A DNA stretch of 57,584 nt, filler included, from Sphacelaria rigidula (GCA_964200075.2; 7 parts of 7 records of this genome joined end to end with filler, not necessarily neighbours in it); one strand, 5' to 3'; positions 24,510-37,607 are shown, counted from the first letter of the whole stretch. Numbers and translations are program-made. The notes: generated by a model not told the origin, from the letters alone.

Positions 24510-26646
24510 GTCGTCTTAGCGTTGATGATGCAAAAAGTCGCATCCCAATTAACAGCCGATCCTAATTCTTGGGGTTGAAACATAATATGAGGTTGAAGTC
24601 CCATCCCTCCATTGCAGGGAAGANNNNNNNNNNNNNNNNNNNNNNNNNNNNNNNNNNNNNNNNNNNNTTAATTAATTAANNNNNNNNNNNNNNNNNNNNN
24701 NNNNNNNNNNNNNNNNNNNNNNNTACCAGTACCCGCACATCCGCATAATTATATCCGTACGTGTGCATGTTCACCCAGTGTACCTGTTCACATGAACACT
24801 CTGTTCCCTCTTTCTCTCGCCATCTCTTCATCATGCGTGTGTTTCTTTCCTCTCGGGCGCATCAGCAAACAAACGTCGAAGCTTCGTGCCTCGCTTCCGT
24901 AGGGTTCATGGGTGAGAGCTATCTCCATGTCTGGAGTGAAAAAACGTGTTGTAGATGTATGGCGAAGGAGGTGGGCGGGGGGAAATGCCCAAGTTATCCC
25001 ATCTTACCCTGTCTCTGTCTGAGTGCATGGTCGAACTCATGGAGTAAATTGGGGCCTCTGGTTACCACGCGTTTTCACTGTTTTCCGCCCTTCGTGCCGC
25101 TACTCTTCGCGTGCTTGCTAGACCTTTCCCTCGTTGGTACGCACACATGTTACTCAGGTTGTGCAGAAAATATCATGTGAATCTATCTATGTGAGCTCAT
25201 GTCTTACTCTGTGTAGGTTTCAACGGCCGTCGGGAAGGTATCATCAGAAAAGCCCGGTGGCGAGCATTACTTCTTCTCCTGTTCTCAACCGAGGTGAACT
25301 GCCCCAAAACCCACCCAGCTAGCAATCGATGTGCTCGACATCGCGGGTATATTTTACGCACGGTTTGCGGCAGTTGCATCACGTGGGCGGGTGATCTTCT
25401 CCTTTCCACGATAGCTCCCTCATCATGCTGGCGCCGATTCTTGGCCGATCTACGTCGGTCTGTGAGCAACGTGCCCATGAGATTGGCTCAGTCTCAGGCA
25501 ATAAAAAACAAGTATGCATATCCACATAGATACGGATGTTCGCGCCGTGGTAGCTCAAGGGTTACGGTATGAGCATCTCAAAGAAAGCCGAAATCTTACT
25601 GCTTGCTACTCGTACTGTTCCCGCCGTGGTACGGTAGGGGTGCACAAATATTCTCTGAGGTTGGAAATGTCAGGAGTCCTTCATATCATCCAAAACAACA
25701 CGACGCATTTAATATATAAGCTTACTTCAGGGTCACTATTCCAGTGTACGGAAGATATCTCGAACGAATTTGCAAACGATGATGCCCTGACCCATGCTCT
25801 TGTGCATCTAGAATTGTTAGGAGCCCCTGAACCAAACAACAAGATGTGGCGCAAAAAGTGCGCCCCTACCGTAGCATTGCTCAAGGGTTAGAGCTCTACG
25901 GTATGAGCTTCTAAAAGAAAGCCGGAATCTTACTATTGCAAATTTGAAAAAGGTGTAGCTGTGGGTTATAGAAAGGTAGTTTAACACAGAGTGAATTCTT
26001 CGTTCGCACGAATAAAATCCGACTTTTCCGCAAGAACCAGGGTTCATCCTCGTTTCACACCTGTGATGCACATGGCACCATCAACCAACGGTGCACTTTT
26101 TTCTACCTGACACTTATACAATACGTCATGGATACTCAAAATACAGCAAGTCTTCTCAGCCTGCCAGTGATTTGTATCAATAACAATGTCCAATCATTCG
26201 CACCGCTTGACGACGTCTTCATCCGAATACAAACGCACCGCGAGTAGTGAGGTCATGTGACATACCTCTCTGCGAGCCCCTGTTTTTCGTGGAATCAAAC
26301 ACCTCACCCCCTATCGTAGCATCCCTCTTGACCTATCATTGTCGTATATTTACTGGTTACTGTGACCAAAAACATTGGCCCCAAGGAGAGAAAACCTCGG
26401 TAATAAATTGGCCCGAAAAAGAAAAAGGGTGGGATATAGCCTGGTGGCTATGTTTAGAGTGTACTGCTAAGGACCCCAGTGCACAAACTCTGGAAATGAG
26501 TGGGGGAGATGAGTAACTCAAGGGTACGGTGAGAGCGACAACATTAGAGGTCCTGATGGCAGTCGATAGAGCACTGGCAAGGGCAGTCGCCCTCCTCGGA
26601 GTGAAAGTGACGGGGATCGAACCCCTACGGCTAACTTTTGTCACGT

Positions 26647-26712
26647 TTTAAGACACAACTAGACTACTGACCAGTCAGCGCTGACTGGTCAGGAGTCTAG
26701 TTGTGTCTTAAA
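26647..26712. mobile_element. 66-bp near-perfect palindrome flanked by TTAA (TIR-only element)
   Basis: tTTAAgacacaactagactactgaccagtcagc|gctgactggtcaggagtctagttgtgtcTTAAa, with one mismatch and no loop. Confidence 0.75.
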
Positions 26713-26895
26713 CCGTCACGTTACCCAGGGATTCAGCCGTGGTCGTGAGATAAACAGACCCAAAAAGGTGTAACCAAAAAAAGGAACGCAGCGGCTGAGG
26801 GCAACTTGAAGAGGGGAAAGAGAAACCATAGAGCAATTTGGAGAGCATCTTTCCCTGGGGACTGCAGTACCGACTACTTCTTGAAGCCGCCAGAT

Positions 26896-27146
26896 GACAC
26901 TTTCTACGATAGCCCCCCCCCCACGACCAGCCCAAAAGTGTGACAAAAAAATGGTCATATAGCGCCTGATGTTTATTCATGCTGTATGAAGCGCCTCACG
27001 TGGGGGACATTGGCGAGAACAAACTCAACCGTGGGAATTCCCAGCTGCTGCTTGTGCTCGGCTTTTTTCATTTCGATTTACTTCAAGATTTTGCCTCCCG
27101 AAACCAGGCACTTTTGGGGGGGAGGGGGGTATCGTAGAGAGGTGCC
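26896..27146. mobile_element. MITE family C, diverged copy
   Basis: gacactttctacgatagcccccc ... ggggggtatcgtagagaggtgcc. Interior matches 28706-28981 in reverse. Confidence 0.75.
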
Positions 27147-27306
27147 GGTGCTCACCACCAAGCCTGCACACCTTACCCCATGCGGCTACATGCATTTGTT
27201 CGCCGCCTATACTCGACGCACACGTAAAGAGCTCATTCGAGGAACCGTCCACCCAATCACCGCCACAAAATTTGTGTGATGATGAAAACCCACTTTCGAC
27301 TAATAA

Positions 27307-27542
27307 TGCCGAGATAGCCCCCCACGAAATGTGTACCGAAAACCGTCCGAAAAACCGGCTGCGATCCAACTTTTGGGCTCGTTTGCAGCAATTTCAACCA
27401 CAAGAAAGGCGTAAAGCGGTCCGAAATCAGCTATGACGCCCAAATGAGTCGCGTCGTGCAGCACAAAACTAGCTCGAACGACATTTATGATCATCGCCTC
27501 CGTGCACGTTTTCAGCCGGTTCGGAGGGGGGCTATTTCGGCA
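27307..27542. mobile_element. MITE family D, copy 1
   Basis: tgccgagatagcccccc ... ggggggctatttcggca TIRs. Interior is collinear with 54690-54949. Confidence 0.75.
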
Positions 27543-28705
27543 GCAGTCTTTTTAGATATCTCGCACCCAACGTAAGGTATAACCGCACGACCAATACCTG
27601 TAGCATTCGTAATGGTATTCGCCCAATACTCGTGCATTGAGCATGGCCATGCCCCCGTGTATCCCTGAAGTTGACTGCTTCACACGCGGCCGTTCAGCCA
27701 CCTTGTAGGGGGGTTTTCAAACGGCATCCTCGGTTCCGTCCGTTTTGAAATCCCCGCTAAAGGATCTTGGGTATTCACAATCCTCTAGAGTATTGAGAAT
27801 TTTGGGGCCCCGAAGGTCTGTGTCAATATTGATATCCCTTGGATTTTTTGAGGAATAGGCTCTATGGGAATCTGGATTTCGTACAGCCTCTGCTGTTTGA
27901 AATAAATCCTAATTCAAAATTCAGAATCGGGCAAAAATGATATTTATTTCGAACAGCAGAGGCTGTACAAATCTCATATACACTCGCCATAGAATTTGAT
28001 ACCAAAAGCTGTTCGAAATAAATCCCCATTTTTCCCGCCATTACCTGAAATTGGGCAAAAAAGAAACTTATTTGCGAGCAGCTTTTGCCGTTCAAGCCCC
28101 ACATACTGCACCGTATCAGTGGATGAGATTCGAGAGACAGCAGACAGTGTTGAAAACTTATCCTCTTGCCCCCTAATTCACATATCAATGGGGTAAAAAA
28201 GATCGAAGTCTTCAACAGCCTCCGCTGGTTACAGATCCCATACACTGATTGCGAGTGTATGTACACGCAGCCATGCTATGTAGCTTTAGCTTGTGGTTAT
28301 GGTACTACACCTGTATGAACCTCATATATGTATACATACAGGTTTTGAAAACCCCGTAGTCCCGTCTCTACCATTTCAATGATACTACTAGAGTATTTTT
28401 TTTATTGAGCACGCGAAAAACTTCGATGGCGATTGTACACTGCGCGCTTTGATTGCGATATGTCGACAACAACAATAAGTACGGTTTGGTGCTGTACTGA
28501 ACTACACAATGCCGTGCAGGACAGTACCATATCGTGCTTATATACGTGTAGAGCAATATACTGCAGAGTTAGCGTGGCATATGCGCCACGTATAGCTAAA
28601 CAAAGTGGATGCCTGTAACTTTTGGTGGATGGGGGTGTTATATACCGTCAGCTACTGAGTATACATCACGACGCCCATTCTTGCAGATTGCTCACATGCT
28701 CCCCG

Positions 28706-28981
28706 CTGCAGACACTTTCTACGATAGCCCCCCCCAAAAAAGTGCATGGTTTTGGGAGGCAAAATCTTCACGTCACTCGAAGTGCGGAAAGCCGAGCTCN
28801 NNNNNNNNNAGCTAGGGATTCCCACGCTTGGGTTCGTTTTAGCCAATGTCGCGAATATGAGGCGCTTCATGCAGCCTGAACCCGAAATTCAGGCGCTGTA
28901 TGGCCATGGCACTGTATGGCCATTTTTCTTGTGACACTTTTCTCTGGTTTTGGGGGGAGCTATCGTAGAAAGTGTCTGCAG
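28706..28981. mobile_element. MITE family C with perfect TIRs
   Basis: ctgcagacactttctacgatagc ... gctatcgtagaaagtgtctgcag. Contains a 10-N gap at 28800-28809. Confidence 0.85.
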
Positions 28982-29850
28982 TCAGTTGAACGTGAAGGGG
29001 AAGCAGTCAAAGTACAGTACCGACAGCGCAGGACTATATGTATGTTTTCTGCTTACAGGGCGACGTGAAAAGGGCTTGAACAGTGTGCCCAGCTTCGTCT
29101 GCCTGCACTGTCCGTGGGTATGTATGCAACCGCCGGTTATTGCCCGCACCCTACCCCGCGCATGGTTCCGGCACCGCGCGACTCCGCGACTATGGAAGAA
29201 GATGCTCAAGTTTAGACAAGACATACATCATACCCAACTATTGCAGTGTATACTATATCCCTGCACCCAACTCGTGCTCTTTGCTGCAGGCTTTTTGTAG
29301 TGGTATTACATCTGGCGTGATGGTCCTAAAGGTTCCCTGGAAGCAGTTAGGACACAAGTGCACCAGTGTAAATGTACACGCTGGAGGATACTGCACGGCT
29401 ATGTCCTCCGGAGTTGCAACAAATGCCTTAGAGGCCATAGGCGGTCCCTCGTCCAGAGGAATGATGCTCATATTTCCTTCTGCTGTTCATAAAGTGCGAC
29501 AATCAATCAATCAATCTATCTATCTATGGGACGTTCACGAAACCCACGTGCTCCAGAGCACCATATTTTTGGTACTCTGGAGGGATTCAGACGTCAGAAG
29601 TCACTGGAGCATCAGATGCCCTCCAGAGGATTCGTTTTATGACCGGAACCGAGTATGATATACCCTCCAGAGGTTATTCTTATCCTCGGGAGGGTCACTT
29701 TACCCACGAGATGAGGAACATCGCGATAGAGGATTTTAAGGGGGTGGCCGAATGGCCGCGTGTGTTAGATGCAGAGATCCAACAATGGCGCACTATTCTA
29801 GCCAGACTCTATCTATAAAACCGGATGGAAAAAACTTGCGAATTATTTCG

Positions 29851-31681
29851 CAATTATTTTATGGTATTTGAAGGGACTGGCCTCGGTGAGGAACAGTAGG
29901 GCACTCATGACTCGGAGTAAAAACAACATTTGGATATGAATCTTTGATTAGTCCGCTGAGGGACGAAAGTTTTGAAGATCCTAATCGATACCCCGAAATG
30001 TTCACAGCGGTTGATGAGAGGTACATATTGCATGGTTGAACTCTCCTGTCGGCATTATATGTGCATGTGCACAACGGACAGCGTTGCTGGAATGCTCCTT
30101 GGATTCAGGATTGACGACACGATAAACGAGGTATTTACCGTGGCAGACGCAGTGTTGGATGTATGGGCCAGCAACGTCTCGGTTCCACCACCGTTGGCTT
30201 GTCGTTCTTTTACCATGACTAGGTATGGACATAGTTCTGGGCGTAGGGTAGTTCGTATCGAGTACCTCCAACCCATTCCGTGATCACCCTCTTTGGACAC
30301 CGGACACAACCTGCTTTGGCCGCCGTTGCTCTGAGTTCCAAGTGAGTTCTTACCGGTAAGCTTAGCTGTGGGGACTATTGGCTTCTGTTGAGTATTGTGT
30401 AATACAAGTAGATACCTCATTTCTGTGGACATCTGGATTTGGATTACCCAACTGTGATTGGGATCTAGGCAAACTGTTTTACACAGCTTTGCCTGCAACC
30501 GATGCACAGCCGGCTTGACCCTCTGTTCGTGAGAACTAACAGGGAAAAGGTGTAGTGTGGCTCCCTCGTCGGAGGGTACTGAACCAAAATACAAAAGAAT
30601 TCGGGCTTCAGCCGAGCCCAGCTGAAGCCCCAATGTTTAGCTGAGCCTAGCTGAAGCCCCAATTTTTATGTAATTTAGAGTAGTACCTTCCGAGAAAGCA
30701 ACCGCACTACACCTCTATCCAATGAGTTCTCACGAACAGAGGCTCAAGCCGTGTGTGCATCAGTTGCAGGCTGTGTAAAACAGTCCACCTAGATCCAAAC
30801 TGGAGTGAGCTGTTCAAATCCAGCACACATCGGACAGATCATGATCTGTCTGAAACAAGTAATCAAAGAAGACTCTCGAGTCCGTTGGCCCAAAAATACA
30901 AGATATGTGACCGCGGAGTCAGAAAAGCCAAGGCGCAACCTTTGCACTTCTCGGCGTGCTCAGCGTCCGGCGCTGCAAGGAGCGAGCATGGAAAAGGGGG
31001 GCCAAATGACCCGGATCATGATCCGGATCAGTATACTGAAAATAACTAATTTTCAGACGGATCATGATCTGTCCGACGTGTGAAATCCAGATGTCCGCAG
31101 AAATGAGGTGTCCACTTGAATTACACAATACTCAACAGAAGCCGATAGTCCCACCACTAAGGCTTACCGGTAAGAACTCACTTGGAACTCAGAGCAACGG
31201 CGGCCAGAGCAGGTTGTGTCCGGTGTCCGAAGAGAGTGATCACGGAAGGGGTTGGAGGTACTCGATACCAACTACCCTACGCCCAGAATTATACCCACAA
31301 ATAGTCACGATACAAGAACGAATAGCCAACGACAGGCATACGTAAACCGAGACGTAGCTGGCTCATACATCCAAGAGTCCGTCTGCTCGTGTATCGTATC
31401 GTCAAATGTTCAATCAAAGGAACATTCCAGCAATATTGTCTGTTGTGCACATGAACATCCAAAATGCAGCCGACTAGACAATTCAACCATGCGACATGTA
31501 TCTCTGATCGACCGCTGTCAACAATTCGGAACATCAAAATGGATCTTGAAACAAACTATCGTCCCTTAACGGCCAAATCAAAGATTCATGTCAAAATGTT
31601 GTTTTTATTCTGAGTCATGTGTGCCCCAGACGTTACTATACCTCATCGAGGCCAGTCCCTTCGAATACCATAACAATTATG
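29851..31681. repeat. ~1.8-kb foldback (long diverged inverted repeat)
   Basis: 29851-30440 is the reverse complement of ~31083-31681 (e.g. ccgttgctctgagttccaagtgagttcttaccggtaag / cttaccggtaagaactcacttggaactcagagcaacgg). ~30440-30580 pairs with ~30680-30823. The centre holds short agctgaagcccc repeats. Confidence 0.9.
30824..31082. mobile_element. hAT-like MITE with an 8-bp target-site duplication
   Basis: TIRs cacacatcggacagatcatgatctgtctgaaa / tttcagacggatcatgatctgtccgacgtgtg. AAATCCAG is duplicated at 30816-30823 and 31083-31090. Confidence 0.88.
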
Positions 31682-32369
31682 CGCCCACTACAGGCCATCA
31701 ATCAATGACACACAAAGCTAGCCAGACTCTCTGTGAACTGGGTGGAGAAATACGTGCGGTTGCCTCGGAAATATGTTACTACACTCTCAGGCAAGGGTAT
31801 ACAGAAACTATTCGCTGGACCCTGATCCCTCCCCCCCCCACCATGTGTACACCCCCCCGCCACCAACACCACCTCTGGCGGATCGAAAAAAACATTTTTC
31901 TGTGGCTGCCTTTTTATTCTTGAGATTGCCCGGACTTGCGGACAAAATTGACGACTTGACAGCTTATTGTTTTGGTGCCTCTGTCATCAGAAGATGCAAC
32001 GAATTCTGGTTGTTCGATTGTGATGCATTACAATGCATTGCAGCATCTGCGATAGCGTGGCACAGTAATGTTGCTTGGTCTGCATAAATACAACCGGAAC
32101 CAGACCAAAAAATGGTTGCTATCGTGGTTGCTATATGCACTATATATGTATATATATATATGGGTGGCATAGCTGAGCAGAACAATCATATGTACAATGC
32201 ATGAGACCTCGAAGGCAAAAATTCTGTCAATATCCATACGATCGGTCCATCAAGTCGGTGCCATCTATAATACCGAACAATACCAAACAATACCAATGAT
32301 ACAAAGTATCGAAAACAAATTACTCCACAGCAGGGTATCCACAAAAACTTGCCTCCACAAACCTACGGT

Positions 32370-32725
32370 AAGATCAAGCGATTTGGTTCACCAATACTGA
32401 GGTAAAGTAACTCGCCTCCCCTACTCCTCGAAAGAGTAACCTGCCTCTAGCCTAAGATCAAGTGACTCAGTTTACCTATAGCCACTCCCAGTGACTTGCC
32501 TCAGCTAGTCTAAGATCAAGTGACTTGGCTCACTCATACTTAGTTCATGTAATTTTGATTCGTCTCAGCTAGTCCAAGGCCATATGATTCCTCAACCAGA
32601 TGAAGATCAAGTAACTTGGTTCGCCGATAGCCAGTTCACGTAACTCAGCTAGTCTGAGATCGACTGTCGTGGTTCACCCACACTCAGTTCAAGTAAGTTT
32701 CCTCCCCCTCTCTAAGATCAGGTAA
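32370..32725. repeat. Degenerate ~55-65-bp tandem repeat
   Basis: Recurrent (t)aagatcaagt(g/a)act and ctcagctagtc anchors, about six units. Confidence 0.7.
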
Positions 32726-33444
32726 ATCATTTCGTGTAGAAAAAAGTGTGGGAATATGTTTATATAAATTTATTACCCCCCCCCCCCCCCCCCCCCCCGC
32801 CCCCCACCCTCCCCCCATACACTACAAAAAAACGTGGGAGTAGTCCGGGTGTGGTTTATGTCATNNNNNNNNNNNNNNNNNNNNNNNNNNNNNNNNNNNN
32901 NNNNNNNNTTAATTAATTAANNNNNNNNNNNNNNNNNNNNNNNNNNNNNNNNNNNNNNNNNNNNCCGAATGATGTGCGTGAAAGTTCAAAGCGAAAAGGG
33001 TCAAAATGGTGTGTTTGGCTGTTTTCGCGTTTCTGGCCATTTTTCGTATCTTTCTTGGGCAAAAAACGAGAAGGTATACCTTTTCTAGTCCATTGCTCAT
33101 AAAAGATTGGAGTGCAATTCCGTTCTCCGCTTCATGTGATAGTTGTGGTGACGTCTGGGAGTGCGTAGCAGCGCACCAAATGGCCAGCAATGATATGTGA
33201 TACCCTCACGTCCATGCAAGCATATATGGGTGGTCAAGCTGGGGAGGTTGCTGCCGCAGTTACCCGCATTTCAGCTCGTGATGCGAGTTAGCTCATGTAA
33301 TGTCTGCAGACCGTGTCTCCGCAGGGAAGCTCAACAAAGTCAGCTGTCCCGACGTCCGCTTGTTGTACACAGACAATAAATAGCCGTAGATACATTTTAT
33401 AGTATAAGTGCGGATGATTCGAAATTTTGAAAATTCAACTGACC

Positions 33445-34760
33445 GAGTCAAGCTACCGCATAAATGCAGTGTTAATCCCGCGAAGCCGCGTTTCTACAGC
33501 ATCTGTGCACGACCACAACGCGTCTATAAGAAGCTGTAACCTATGCAGGGAAAGGAAATGATGGCTGATACTGATAACACCGGGCTACCCGCTTGAAGTG
33601 ATTTCACGGTTTACTGGATGACGTGGGGATGACGCTTGGCCTATGCTGCATATGGGTTAGATTTAAATTCGTGAACCGTCACTCGCTACTGTGAAGCGTG
33701 GGACTTGATTGTGCAGCCAGAGATATACCGAACAGATGCGCTGATGCTGTCGTTTTGAGTCAAGTTACTTCATCCATGCAGCGCTTACTCTTGGCCACGT
33801 GAAGCCGCGTTTCTACGGCATCTCGTGTCCGCAATAAGCGCACACATGCATATCTATATCCTGGGGTGCAGGGATGCCGTTTCAGTGCTGCCTGCTTAAA
33901 TTGGAGCTCGCTGTACCCTATTAAAAATCAGAGATATCCTCCACCTAAACTGGTTGAATCAAACTGTTGATGTACTGTCTCTTGCTGTTGAACTTGTATT
34001 ACAGCAGGCCATCTGCTGTGTGCATGCTGTGGCTAAACATGAATTTGCACAACGCTTGGACAGTGCACGAACCAGGCTGATACCCATATTCCTGTAACAT
34101 GATGCGGCGTGCTGTTCTTATTTGAGTGCTACCAGTTAACCCTCATCATTATCCTACATCAATCGTGCCTTACTGTTCGACGAGATATTTCCTCATGTCG
34201 CTAAAAACCGACCCACTTGAGCCAAATTTCGGTCACCATGCATTGAGTACGCCCTATACACATTGCCATATAATTGCGGCGGGTTTTTAGATGTGATAGA
34301 TGATCTCCCTTACGCCTTGAAATAAAAAACTTGCCCTCACGGGTGAGTGCACAGGATCCAAATGTGAAAGCCGATCGTGCAAGGAGCTGTGAGATGAGAC
34401 AGCTTGATGCTTGCTTTATACACCACATCACGGTTGACGCCAAGATGAAATGATTCTCTACACCGCTTTGCTGTATTCTTGGATGCCATAACTGCCGTAC
34501 GCCCGAGTTCTGCTGTGTAACGCAGCTGCTCAGTTTATTGTAGGCTCTGATTTCGCCGTGTGATGACACAACGCCATGCTTGCTTTATAGCCGTGACAGG
34601 TCAAATCTTGTCGTGTAGACCTGATTGAGTAGAGTCACGGTGGATACTAGGATTGCATGCCTTTCCACATTGCTTTACTAAATAATTCCATGCAACAGCT
34701 GCTGTGTGCTTTCTGCTGTGTGATACAGCTGAAAGGAGCAACACAACACGATTTTGCAGT
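33445..34760. repeat. Diverged direct duplicate of 39070-40570
   Basis: Collinear blocks: gggaaaggaaatgatgg, gagtcaag(c/t)tac, tgctaccagtta..cctca, caaatcttgtcgtgtagacctga, ccatgcaacagctgctgtgtgctt. Confidence 0.8.
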
Positions 34761-35394
34761 TTGATACAGCTGAAATTGGACCACGCTATCTTGCTCCACA
34801 TATACTCAAACTCGACAAGACCCGCTGGATGAAAACAATTGCTTGTGTCTCCGAACATTGGATTGGATGTCACCCTTCGGTTTTACCACATGCTGCCATT
34901 TTATTTATTGTGATGCTGTTACAATATGGCTATACGGGATGACGGTACTGACCGTTTACGGCCTGCACTATCTCCTCGATGAAATCGATGACTTTGTGCA
35001 AAACTGTTCCGAATCACCATCGAATATCAAATAATATCGGACTATGCATGCAGAAGAACCTCTGCCGTGTACATTTTATTCGAGTCTATATATTGTGGGG
35101 AAACATGAGGTAGTGATGGCCGTGTCGCCTGAGCATAACTACTGAATGCGATATCCACCAGCAGATGGGAGTTAACGAACTGCCTGTGAAAGAAATATAC
35201 AGGAGCTATCGAGATGTTGTCGGCTACAATTAGTACCGAGTACATACAGCATAATATATATACTTTTAGGAACGCGAACCACTTGCTCGAGTATCTCATG
35301 CATGACCACGTATGCAACGATGAAAGAATGTCATTTTACTCTATGCTTCGCAAATTCACGAAACTGCTTGTGTGACCATAATACCATACTGGTT

Positions 35395-36070
35395 GTGCAT
35401 ACATGCTACAAGGCACGATACCATGTGAGCCGATTCGTCGTGAACGGAAATTGCGAAGCTTGAATCAACATGAGTATTCACCCTACCCCGGTCAGGGGGG
35501 GAGCAGATCATTGATGCGTTAAATGTGTGTTGTTGTCATGGAAATTGAATGTCACTTCAACGTGGTTCCCCCTAATCGATAGTTTTACCCTTGGTGGATA
35601 GCTCCAAAGCGTATGGGCGAGTCATATATGCTTGAGAACTTCGGGGCTATGTGATGTCTACTCCGATTTTGAAGAAATCAGACCCAATCATGTGCTTTGA
35701 CTTTACTTCACGACTTTCAATACATGGGTGATTGTTTCCGTGTGCACCTAATAACCGCACCTCGTACATGACCGTATATGCAACTGATAGAGAATGGCAT
35801 TGTTACGCTGCCGTCCGCTAATTCACGGAAATATGTTTGTCTAACCGTAATGTCATACTGTCTGCATACATGCTACCAGGCACGGTACTACGTAAACCGA
35901 TTAGCCGTGAACGGAAATGGCGAGGCTTGAATGAACGAAACATGGAGTATTTACCCTACCCCCTGGTCAAGGGGGGCGAACCAGTAATGCTCGAAATGCT
36001 TGATTTGTCATGGAAAATGGATGTAACCTCTACGTGGTTCCCCTGTTTGATCGTTTGCGCCCTTGGTAGA
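35395..36070. repeat. Local direct duplication of a ~200-bp block (period ~470 bp)
   Basis: gcatacatgctac..ggcacg..gtgaacggaaat..accctacccc..gtcatggaaa..acgtggttcccc near 35397 and again near 35864. Confidence 0.75.
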
Positions 36071-36229
36071 TATCTTCAAAAAGTGTGTGCGAGATATGCA
36101 TGCGTAAAACAAACGGAGAGTTATGTGAAGTTGTATAAACTGCTGCTTGCACCACACAGCGAACAAGCAGCATTTGATTGCATACAGGAAAATGGGCGAG
36201 GACGAAGGCTAAAGATGTCAAGACCATGT

Positions 36230-36710
36230 GTTTTCGAACAGGTTGACAGGGGGCCAGGAGTTTCCCTTGTTCGCGCGAGCAGGTTGATAGAGATCCAGGA
36301 TTCCCATATGTTTTCGAACAGTTTGACAGGGGGCCAGGAGCTTCCCTTGTGCGCGCGAACAGGTTGACAGAGATCCAGGATTTCCCATATGTTTTCGAAC
36401 AGGTTGACAGGGAGCCAGGATTTTCCACATGTTTTCGAACAGGTTGACAGGGGGCCAGGAGTGTCCCTTGTGCGCGCAAACAGGTTGATAGAGATCCAGG
36501 ATTTCCCATATGTTTTCGAACAGGTTGACAGGGAGCCAGGATTTTCCACATGCTTTCGAACAGGTTGACAGGGGGCCAGGAGTGTCCCTTGTGCGCGCGA
36601 ACAGGTTGACAGGCATCCAGGATTTCCCATGCTGTCCGAACAGGTTGACAAGTGGCGAGGATTTTCCCATGCTGTCCGAACAGGTTAACATGGAGTCAGA
36701 ATTCCCTTGG
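36230..36710. repeat. 40-bp minisatellite, ~12 units, higher-order A-B-C pattern
   Basis: Core cgaacaggttgacag....ccagga. Unit types recur as A,B,A,B,C,A,B,C,A,B, then two diverged units. Confidence 0.92.
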
Positions 36711-37126
36711 GAGTCCATGAATTTATACCTGGCTGTCCCCGACACGCGATACCCAGGCCAAATGCGCACGCGTGAACCTGTTTTGTCAAATTATTTGGCT
36801 ATTCGCTTCGTTCTCCTTCCCGTTCATTTGTCTTGTTCGCTATCGTTATACTGGTGAAGCACTGCAATTCATGTTACTGGTTCCATCGTTTCTCACGCCG
36901 TTGATGACTGAGAAGGTTTCTTCCAGACACCGCCCTCGTGACTCTTGAATCATGGAGATTGTAATACACTGCGTTACAATTGGATGTGTTTCATGCCTTG
37001 TGGGAATTATATCAACCGCAGACCAGGCCACGTCCATCTGATACACCATCTCGAGCAGAAAGGGGCTCAATTGCGCGGTAGATTCCCCCATGTACCAAGA
37101 TCCGCAAACGGTTTACGGACAGCCCG

Positions 37127-37477
37127 GAGCGGTCAACAAGATCAAGGACTTCTCCGGACTGGATGGGATCGTTTCTGTACGGTGTTTAAATTCCCTACGC
37201 GGTCTAACCCGGTAGAGCGGTCAACAAGATCAAGGACTTCTCCGGACTGGATGGGATCGTTTCTGTACGGGGTTTTAATTCCCTACGTGGTCTAATTCAG
37301 CAGAGCGGTCAACAAGATCAAGGACTTCTCCGGACTGGATGGGATCGTTTCTGTACGGTATTCAAATTCCCTACGTGGTCTAACCCGGCAGAGAGATCTA
37401 CAAGAGCGAGAGTTGCCGAGACTGTTTGAGATTGTTCTGTACGGTGTTCAAATTCCCTACGTGGTCTAACTCGGCAA
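37127..37477 (+). repeat. 88-bp tandem repeat, four units
   Basis: gagcggtcaacaagatcaaggacttctccggactggatgggatcgtttctgtacgg at 37127, 37215 and 37303, with a diverged unit at 37391. Confidence 0.92.
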
Positions 37478-37607
37478 AACGGACTAAGATTGACGGCTAC
37501 ATGACACGAACGCCGAATACTCGAGGACGAGGAAGGTGGTGACTCGGCGATCCATCGTCAAACCACGTTCAGCCCCAGGGTTTGTCAACCCTAGGCCTGA
37601 GGGGGGG

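Noticed and set aside
36030..36857. Overlapping 115-183 aa ORFs and a CRISPR-like appearance
   Set aside because: The ORFs are by-products of a stop-poor 40-bp minisatellite. The variable segments recur rather than being unique spacers, and no cas genes are present.
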